From a virus, in the IMG/VR virus record IMGVR_UViG_3300019888_000003, positions 1-64,000 of that record: a stretch of DNA of 64,000 bases; one strand, 5' to 3'. The notes beneath the pieces are model-generated. The model saw only the letters and a list, made by a program, of their open reading frames with translations. It had not been told where the DNA came from and did no database searches. Numbering within the stretch: position 1 is the stretch's first letter; every line of letters begins with the position of its first letter. Shown piece after piece: positions 57,393 to 64,000 of this stretch. A program made the translations under genes and the position numbers.

Positions 57393-57408
57393 GGCATAAG
57401 AGGTAGAT
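57393..57408 (+). promoter_or_regulatory. putative late promoter GGCATAA-N3-GTAGAT
   Basis: shared motif. Confidence 0.55.
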
Positions 57409-57421
57409 GAGAGGAGGTCCG

Positions 57422-57583
57422 ATGGCCACACAGCCGATAGCGCCGCACATCATCGCGATCACCGAGGACGACGGTCGTCTTGACGAGCGCTGGATTCCCG
57501 AGCGTTTGGCCGCCGAGAACCTGGAGTCCGACGTCGATCTCGTCCTGCTCTTCGAAAACGGCATCGCGGGCAAGGTGGAGTAG
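57422..57583 (+). CDS. 53-aa fibre adaptor-like peptide
   Basis: read by hand; RBS GAGGAGG; DGRL...DLVLLFENGI. Confidence 0.7.
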   Translation: MATQPIAPHIIAITEDDGRLDERWIPERLAAENLESDVDLVLLFENGIAGKVE

Positions 57584-57724
57584 GTGGGTGGCAAGATCGC
57601 ACTGGCACAGGATGTGGACGGTCGTCTCCTGGAAGATCAGATGCCGACATACCTGACCGATTTTCTCGACCCCGTCGTGAACCTGGTCGACTACTTCGAT
57701 GAAAATCTGGGAGTAATACCATGA
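57584..57724 (+). CDS. 46-aa paralog of the upstream peptide
   Basis: read by hand; DGRL...NLVDYFDENL; ATGA overlap with the next gene. Confidence 0.6.
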   Translation: MGGKIALAQDVDGRLLEDQMPTYLTDFLDPVVNLVDYFDENLGVIP

Positions 57725-58398
57725 CTCTGGTCGATCAGGTCAAGTCGCTCATCGTCCGCGATACGACCGAATTCAAGTTGGTCTACGCCAAGATCGGGTC
57801 GCTCGGGTCGTTGACCACCAGCGACAAGACGAACCTGGTGGCGGCGATCAACGAGGTCGTGGCTGCCGTCGTGGGCGGTGGCGGTGCCAGCATCAACGAC
57901 ACCACGCCCAGCACCTCGTCGGTCTACAGCTCCAGCAAGACCGAAGCCATCCTGGCGACGGGGCTGGCGCTCAAGCCGGTCATCAACGACTCGACCGCGA
58001 CATCGACGGATGTTTATTCCAGCTCCAAGGTCGTCGCGGTCACCGCCGCAGCGGTGGCCAACAGGCCGATCATCAACGACGTCACCGCAAGCGGTACGGC
58101 GGTCTACTCCAGTACCCACGTCGATGCGCAGATCGCCACGGCGGTCGCCAACCTGGTCAACGGCGCTCCGGGATTGATGGACACTCTCGGTGAAATTGCT
58201 ACCGCACTGGGCAACGACGAAAGCTCCATCACGACCATCACCACAGGACTGACGTTCCGGCTGCGGTTCGATGCCGCGCAGACGTTGTCAGGGCCACAGA
58301 AGACGCAAGGATTGACCAACCTCGGGGCAGTGCCGACGACGGACATCGGTGATGTGACGTTCGATTTCGTGGCCTACTTCGAGGCCAACCTAGTCTGA
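57721..58398 (+). CDS. fibre-like virion protein
   Basis: LTT.DK.NLVAAINE, three IND..S.T.VYSS repeats, LVNGAP..DTL.EIA.AL. Confidence 0.8.
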   Translation: MTLVDQVKSLIVRDTTEFKLVYAKIGSLGSLTTSDKTNLVAAINEVVAAVVGGGGASINDTTPSTSSVYSSSKTEAILATGLALKPVINDSTATSTDVYSSSKVVAVTAAAVANRPIINDVTASGTAVYSSTHVDAQIATAVANLVNGAPGLMDTLGEIATALGNDESSITTITTGLTFRLRFDAAQTLSGPQKTQGLTNLGAVPTTDIGDVTFDFVAYFEANLV

Positions 58399-58420
58399 GG
58401 AATCGGGAGGTAGACAGCCC

Positions 58421-60541
58421 ATGTCTCTGACCGATCAGATCAAGGCGCTCGTTGTTCGGGAGACCACTGAGTTCAAGTCTGTCCGCACAGCTCTGACCGG
58501 TAAGTCCGCTGTGGGTCACAACCATCCCTCCACCGACATCAACGACTCCACTGCGGTGGGTCGTTCGCTCGTGGTGGCTTCCACTCCGCTGGCCGCCCGT
58601 ACCGCTATCGGGGCGGGGACGTCCTCTCTCGTCATCGGCACGGCAGCTGGTACGGCCAAGGACGGTGCCTATGCTCCGGCGTCGACCGATATCTCGGACA
58701 GCACTGCCATAGGGCGTGCGCTTGTCGTGGCTGTGGACGCGACCACGGCACGATCTGCCATCGGTGCGGGCACTTCTTCACTGGTGCTCGGATCGTCGGG
58801 TACAACGGCGGCAGCGGGCGACCATGTGCACGCCTACAGTTCGCTGACTTCCATTCCTTCCACGTTCGCTCCGATCATCGGCTCCGGTGCTGCGCAGGCC
58901 GTGGCGGGTAACGATGCTCGACTGACGGACGCCCGGACTCCGCTCACGCACGTGCACGCGCAGAGCGACATCACCGGCCTGGCGGCGTCTTTGGCGGCCA
59001 AGGCGGACCTCGTCGGCGGACTTGTTCCGACGAGCCAGATGCCTCCGCTTGCACTCACCACGGCAGTGCCGGTGGCGTCCCAGGCGGCGATGTTGGCGTT
59101 GACGACCGGACAGGTGCAGCCAGGCGATCTGGCCATTCGCAGCGACGGTGCGGGCACCTTCATCTTGATGGCAGCAGACCCCTCGGTGTTGGGGAACTGG
59201 ACGCTGTTGAATACGCCCACCAACGTTGTCACGAGTGTCAACGCCATGACCGGAGCGGTCGTGCTCGGGAAGGCGGATGTCGGTCTGGGGAACGCGGACA
59301 ACACGTCCGACATCACCAAGAACGCCGCCGTGGCCACGCTCACCAACAAGACTCTGACCAGCCCGGTCATCAACACCCCGACTGGCATCGTCAAGGGTGA
59401 CGTCGGCCTCGGCAACACCGACAACACCTCCGACACCACCAAGAACGCGGCAGCCGTAGCTCTGACGAACAAAGACCTCACCAGCGGTACGAACACCTTC
59501 CCGACCCTGAATCAGAGCACGACCGGAAATGCTGCCACGGCCACGAAGCTGACAACGGCACGCAACATCAACGGGGTTGCTTTCGATGGCACTGGCAACA
59601 TCACGGTGGCCGATTCGACCAAGGAACCCACGATCACGGTGGGATCGGGGACGCAGTACTGGCGCGGAGACAAGGTCTGGTCGACGCTCAACGCCGCCTC
59701 GGTCGGTCTCGGGAACGTCGACAACACATCGGATGTGACGAAGAATGCCGCTGCTGTCACGCTGACGAACAAGACGCTGACCAGTCCGGTTGTCAACACG
59801 CCGACAGGCATCGTTAAAGGTGACGTCGGTCTCGGGAACGTTGACAACACGAGCGATGTGAACAAGCCGGTCTCCACGGCACAAGCTGCTGCTGATGCGA
59901 CCAAGGAGCCGTCGATCGCGGTCGGTACCACCGGGCAGTACTGGCGTGGTGACAAGTCGTGGCAGACGTTGCCTGCTGGTGGTGGGGACGCGCTGACGAC
60001 CAACCCGCTGTCACAGTTTGCAGCGACCACGTCGTTACAACTGAAAGGCGTCCTATCGGATGAGACTGGTTCCGGCGCACTGGTTTTCGGCACATCCCCC
60101 GCTCTTGTTACGCCGACCGGAATCGTCAAAGGCGATGTAGGACTCGGCAATGTCGACAACACAAGCGATGCGACGAAGCAGACCGCCAACGACGCTCGCT
60201 ACGTCCCTCTCGACCCCAGGGTGAACACGGTGGCATCCTCTGCTACCCCCGCGATCAACACGGATACGACCGATCTCTTCACGATTACCGCTCTCGCTGC
60301 GGCTATCACGTCGATGACCACCAACTTGACCGGAACTCCGGTCAACGGTCAGAAGTTGATGATTCGTATCAAGGACAACGCCACCGCTCGTGCTATCACG
60401 TGGGGCGCTAGCTTCGTCGCCTCCGGCGCGTCTGCGCTTCCGACGACGACGACCATCAGCAAGACGCACACGGTCAGCTTCATCTACGATTCAGTCGCGG
60501 TAAAATGGGTCTGCATGGCTGCTGATTTGGTGGGTTACTGA
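58421..60541 (+). CDS. long fibre protein
   Basis: H.H metal-knot repeats, KGDVGLGNVDNTSD repeats, TLTNKTLT. Confidence 0.82.
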   Translation: MSLTDQIKALVVRETTEFKSVRTALTGKSAVGHNHPSTDINDSTAVGRSLVVASTPLAARTAIGAGTSSLVIGTAAGTAKDGAYAPASTDISDSTAIGRALVVAVDATTARSAIGAGTSSLVLGSSGTTAAAGDHVHAYSSLTSIPSTFAPIIGSGAAQAVAGNDARLTDARTPLTHVHAQSDITGLAASLAAKADLVGGLVPTSQMPPLALTTAVPVASQAAMLALTTGQVQPGDLAIRSDGAGTFILMAADPSVLGNWTLLNTPTNVVTSVNAMTGAVVLGKADVGLGNADNTSDITKNAAVATLTNKTLTSPVINTPTGIVKGDVGLGNTDNTSDTTKNAAAVALTNKDLTSGTNTFPTLNQSTTGNAATATKLTTARNINGVAFDGTGNITVADSTKEPTITVGSGTQYWRGDKVWSTLNAASVGLGNVDNTSDVTKNAAAVTLTNKTLTSPVVNTPTGIVKGDVGLGNVDNTSDVNKPVSTAQAAADATKEPSIAVGTTGQYWRGDKSWQTLPAGGGDALTTNPLSQFAATTSLQLKGVLSDETGSGALVFGTSPALVTPTGIVKGDVGLGNVDNTSDATKQTANDARYVPLDPRVNTVASSATPAINTDTTDLFTITALAAAITSMTTNLTGTPVNGQKLMIRIKDNATARAITWGASFVASGASALPTTTTISKTHTVSFIYDSVAVKWVCMAADLVGY

Positions 60542-61167
60542 TGTATCGCGAGGACTGGAACATCGCCAACGTTGCCAACCTGGGACCGAACTTCAGGATG
60601 GACGTCAATACCGCGCGCATCTTTTCCACTGTGGCGCTGGGTCCGACCGGATTGAACTCCGGCGGGTGGAGTACGTATCAGGGCGGCTCGATCAGCGGCA
60701 AGATGAACTCCAACGACATGATCGTCAGCTGTCAGCTGATCACGCCACCGGACGGCACACTGGGGATAACGCAGTCGGAATTCATGTGCCTACGAAAACC
60801 CGATACGTGGTCGACTACCGGCACGGCGGGTACGTTCTTCATGTTCGGTCAGTCCAGCAACGGCGCGTGGTACATATATTCCTCTGTTCAGGCGACCGCG
60901 ACTGTCCGTGCCCAAGGCACAGCATCAGGGTTTGCGACGGGTGACATTATTTCCTTCGGTGCCTTTGGGACTGTGTACGCCGCGTACCAGAACGGTGTGC
61001 TGATCCCTGGCGCGACGTTTACGGATACCGGTAACGCAATCGCGAGCGTTGGGCCGACCAAGCGGCGCTGGGGGCTACTCACTCAGGTCGCCAACAGCAA
61101 CATCCAGGGGTTGTCTCCTGACTGGTGTTCTTCGACGGAGCCCAACCAGTTCTTCATGGCAGCGTGA
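60541..61167 (+). CDS. beta-rich (lectin-like) fibre tip/accessory protein
   Basis: TGATG coupling; G/T/S-rich beta strands. Confidence 0.6.
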   Translation: MYREDWNIANVANLGPNFRMDVNTARIFSTVALGPTGLNSGGWSTYQGGSISGKMNSNDMIVSCQLITPPDGTLGITQSEFMCLRKPDTWSTTGTAGTFFMFGQSSNGAWYIYSSVQATATVRAQGTASGFATGDIISFGAFGTVYAAYQNGVLIPGATFTDTGNAIASVGPTKRRWGLLTQVANSNIQGLSPDWCSSTEPNQFFMAA

Positions 61168-61228
61168 TATCTCTGGCGATAACGGTAGCGTGAGCAGCAC
61201 GAACGTTCATCGGCCAAGGAGAGGTCCA

Positions 61229-61771
61229 ATGCCACGTGCAGCAGCGATAAAAAATCCCACCACGCTCAAGGAGATGGAGAAGTACGAAGGCACGCTCTAC
61301 GTCCGCAACAACACCCCGCACGCGGTGAGTTGCAACACCAAGGACCAGCAGTTTCTTCTGGAACCCAGTGGGCACGACGGCAGTATCCAGGTGATGCCCA
61401 AGGGATGTCTGACGCAGTCGGGATTCGTGAAGATTTGGAAGCGAGGAGACCTCACCATCTCACCGGATCTGGAGGACGAAGCCTCGGAGGCATCCGAGCG
61501 GGTGGCATTGGCGGAGAAAAAGCGCCTCGATGCCATCTCGGCGATGACCGAGGAGAACGCCTCGAACAAGGACTTGGTGGAGGCCAAGTGTTTGATCAGT
61601 GGTGAGCTGGTCTTTCAGTCTCAGCAGGATGTGAACGACCTAGTGCCACCCCTCGCGGAACGGTATAAGAATCGAGCGTACGAGTTCGTCCCGACGCAGG
61701 TGCAGCAGCCGGACGGGACGGTCAGAACAACGTTCAACCGCACCCAGATCAGTACGGACACGATTACATAG
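61229..61771 (+). CDS. virion protein, paralog of 50168
   Basis: RBS AGGAGAGG; TLYVRN domain. Confidence 0.75.
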   Translation: MPRAAAIKNPTTLKEMEKYEGTLYVRNNTPHAVSCNTKDQQFLLEPSGHDGSIQVMPKGCLTQSGFVKIWKRGDLTISPDLEDEASEASERVALAEKKRLDAISAMTEENASNKDLVEAKCLISGELVFQSQQDVNDLVPPLAERYKNRAYEFVPTQVQQPDGTVRTTFNRTQISTDTIT

Positions 61772-61782
61772 GGAGGCCAATC

Positions 61783-62211
61783 ATGGCTGACGAGACTACC
61801 AAGTTGCCTGATTCGGTTTCGGACCCGGCAGAGGCACCTCTCAGTGATGCCGATGTCGTAGCCAAGCTCCCCTTCGGAGATTCTCGCCCGGCCAGTGATC
61901 CTCCGCCCTTCGCTGAGGAGCACAACGACTCCGTCCGGAATCTGAACGACGGTGCTGCGGCGAATGCCATGCGAGCGGAGGCCGATCCCGACATCGACAC
62001 CGACGCCGTTCACCGGATGGCGTACCAGGTCGGGCAGTTCGACACGTCGACGGGAGAGAGCGTGTTGGCCTCTCTCGCCTTCCCGCCGCCCGCAGCAGTG
62101 GCATCGGAAAAGGCGGTACTGGATGCCAATGCGGCGCGAGCTGTCGTGGACCCGAAGTCTCCGGTCGTACGTGAGGACGGCGCTCCCGCTGACTTCGACA
62201 CCAGGAAGTGA
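61783..62211 (+). CDS. acidic hypothetical virion protein
   Basis: RBS GGGAGG. Confidence 0.7.
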   Translation: MADETTKLPDSVSDPAEAPLSDADVVAKLPFGDSRPASDPPPFAEEHNDSVRNLNDGAAANAMRAEADPDIDTDAVHRMAYQVGQFDTSTGESVLASLAFPPPAAVASEKAVLDANAARAVVDPKSPVVREDGAPADFDTRK

Positions 62212-62276
62212 TTCGGTCGTGACGAGGGCCGCTGCGGTGGCTCTCGTTGCGCGGCTTCCATCGACGGAGGAGAACA

Positions 62277-63215
62277 GTGCCTAGTACGTTCCCGACCACC
62301 AACGATGTGTTCACTGAGCCTTCTGCGCCGGAGACCACACCGTTGTCCTCTGCTGGTACTGGCAGCAAGAACCACCTCGAACACCATCGAGACCTCGGTG
62401 ACGCCATCGAGGCGTTGGAAACCAACGTCGCGCTCAAGACGCACGACCATTCCGGCACTGAGGCTCGTCCCACTTCCAAACTGCTTCAAACCAATACGCA
62501 CCAGAGTCCCGACACCGACATCGGGCCTACTTCTCTGCACCACACGCTTGGTACCGGAGTGAATCAGGCGGCGCGGGGCAACCACACGCACGACTACAAC
62601 AGCGCTTCGATCACCGGACAGCCCTACATCATCTGCACGTCGACGACTCGGCCTGCTGCGCCTTGGTACGGGATGCAGATCTACGAGACCAACACCAATC
62701 GGGTGCGGGTGTGGGCGCAGTGGCCGACCGATGTGGCTCCGCGTTGGGTGCTGTTGCCGGTGGCGGATGTGCCCTCGATTCGACTGCTCCAGGGCACGCG
62801 GCAGCAGATCTATCCGGCGGGAACTCAGATCGAGTTCCGCATCGAAGAAGAGGACAGTTTCGGCAATTTCAACTCCGTGACTTCGATGACCGATATCGTC
62901 ATCAGCGAGCCGGGGCTGTACTCCATCGACGCGGCGGTGGCGTGGAACAACACCGATCTCTTCTCCGACAATGCCATGACCGTCATCACGCTCAACGGGC
63001 AGGAAACCACTCGCAAGAATTGGGAGTTCGTTCGCGGTAACTTCTTCACTCCGGGCTTTCCGCAGAGCGTGCCGGTCTCGGCCAAGCTCAGGTTCGCGAC
63101 GGGGGATCGGTTGGGGTTGAAGGCCAAGCACAATGGCTTTAATTGGCAGTGGAGTTACTCCAACACCAGCGACAAGATGGACACTCGCATGGATGTCCTT
63201 TACCTTAAGCCCTGA
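62277..63215 (+). CDS. minor tail/fibre protein with C1q-like C-terminus
   Basis: SLHHTLG.G.NQAA.GNH.H, CTSTTRP..GMQIYET.T, PGLY.I. Confidence 0.75.
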   Translation: MPSTFPTTNDVFTEPSAPETTPLSSAGTGSKNHLEHHRDLGDAIEALETNVALKTHDHSGTEARPTSKLLQTNTHQSPDTDIGPTSLHHTLGTGVNQAARGNHTHDYNSASITGQPYIICTSTTRPAAPWYGMQIYETNTNRVRVWAQWPTDVAPRWVLLPVADVPSIRLLQGTRQQIYPAGTQIEFRIEEEDSFGNFNSVTSMTDIVISEPGLYSIDAAVAWNNTDLFSDNAMTVITLNGQETTRKNWEFVRGNFFTPGFPQSVPVSAKLRFATGDRLGLKAKHNGFNWQWSYSNTSDKMDTRMDVLYLKP

Positions 63216-63712
63216 TTAGAGGAGGAACGTTGCTTAGTTCTCCTGTTCGCCTCTGCTCTTCGCTCCCTATCGCGAAGACAGATATGGCAGGTTTTCGTAG
63301 GGTTGCGACCTACTCCTCTGCTGACAATCACGGTGTTTTCGGTAGTGAGTTCGTGGTTGTTGGTGCATCTTGTGCGTTGTTGTTGCCAGTGGTTGCCGTT
63401 ACGGACGCAATCCTCGTTATTCTGTTTCGGCGTACCCCAGTACAAATTTCCAACTCGGTTGTCGGTCTTGATGTCGTTGTGATGAAGCAACCACAATCCT
63501 TCAGGCCGAGGTTCGAGGTAGGCGAGGGCCACCAGGTCTCCGACTCGCTCGACAGTGGCCGTGGAATCGTCGCCGTAGTAGATCGAGACGCGGGGATATC
63601 CCTTAGCTCCGACGTTTTGCTTGAGAGCACGACCGTGCTTCCAGCGACGATAGGAGATCACCTCTCCCTCAGGGGTGACTGTGTATCCGCTAGTAATGGT
63701 TCGTTCTTCCAC
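63200..63712 (-). CDS. HNH homing endonuclease
   Basis: LVALAYL.PRPEG..HHNDIKTDNRVGNLYWGT..N; likely GTG start at 63712. Confidence 0.88.
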   Translation of the reverse strand: MEERTITSGYTVTPEGEVISYRRWKHGRALKQNVGAKGYPRVSIYYGDDSTATVERVGDLVALAYLEPRPEGLWLLHHNDIKTDNRVGNLYWGTPKQNNEDCVRNGNHWQQQRTRCTNNHELTTENTVIVSRGVGRNPTKTCHICLRDRERRAEANRRTKQRSSSNQGLR

Positions 63713-63750
63713 AAGCACAATTCTAGTATTGGCAATGGACGGGTGACACA

Positions 63751-64000
63751 ATGACTGCACCGTCTCCTTATCAGGGCTTGGGTGTGTTCTCGCCCAAGGT
63801 CAATTCGTTCTCCATCGCTCGCAAGCAGATCAGCCAGAATGGTGCGGGCGTGCTCGGCCTGCGGATTGTCGGCACTGACGGCACGCTGGTTGATGCGACC
63901 GGGGTGGCAGTAATAATTTATCTCGACCCGGATTTCGACGAGACCAATGCTTTCCCCGACGAGAATCCACTCGGCACGGAGTTGGCCGATTACACCGGGA
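63751..64000 (+). CDS. virion protein, truncated by the window end
   Basis: open frame from ATG 63751 to the end. Confidence 0.6.
   Translation, partial: MTAPSPYQGLGVFSPKVNSFSIARKQISQNGAGVLGLRIVGTDGTLVDATGVAVIIYLDPDFDETNAFPDENPLGTELADYTG

Noticed and set aside
59270-60180. DNA repeats resembling an array
   Set aside because: Degenerate coding repeats (KGDVGLGNVDNTSD) of a fibre protein; not CRISPR or DGR
1-64000. tRNA, rRNA, CRISPR, integrase or reverse transcriptase
   Set aside because: None recognised by eye; a tRNAscan/Infernal run would be needed to exclude atypical RNAs

Overview
A 64-kb segment of a large, GC-rich actinobacteriophage, almost entirely + strand. The gene content resembles the Bxz1/Myrna/E3-type myoviruses; this is recognised from memory, not from a search. 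A DUF4185 arabinanase in the lysis cassette points to a Mycobacteriales host. In order, the window holds: small early genes behind a repeated GTAAC-N17/18-TATAT promoter; a complete 7-deazaguanine DNA-modification operon (ParB-like, DpdA, Gat-QueC, QueD, QueE, FolE); a 2H phosphoesterase; fibre-like virion proteins; LysA, DUF4185 and holin; an intein-containing terminase; thyA, RuvC-like and PnuC-like genes; the head module (acidic internal proteins, portal, SWIM protein, prohead protease/scaffold, decoration, major capsid); a beta-helix spike; an ART-like protein; Gp88; a second early block; a replication-initiator-like gene; and further fibre/neck genes. Five free-standing HNH genes are scattered through it. 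Two observations stand out, both inferred and untested. (1) Head-module proteins are built as strings of short cassettes separated by a recurrent basic-x-Ala motif (RKTA, RRKQA, KHA), suggesting a protease-processed polyprotein cargo system. (2) Many middle/late genes have leader hairpins that bury the Shine-Dalgarno sequence, often with a putative late-promoter motif inside the hairpin. No tRNA, rRNA or CRISPR array was seen.
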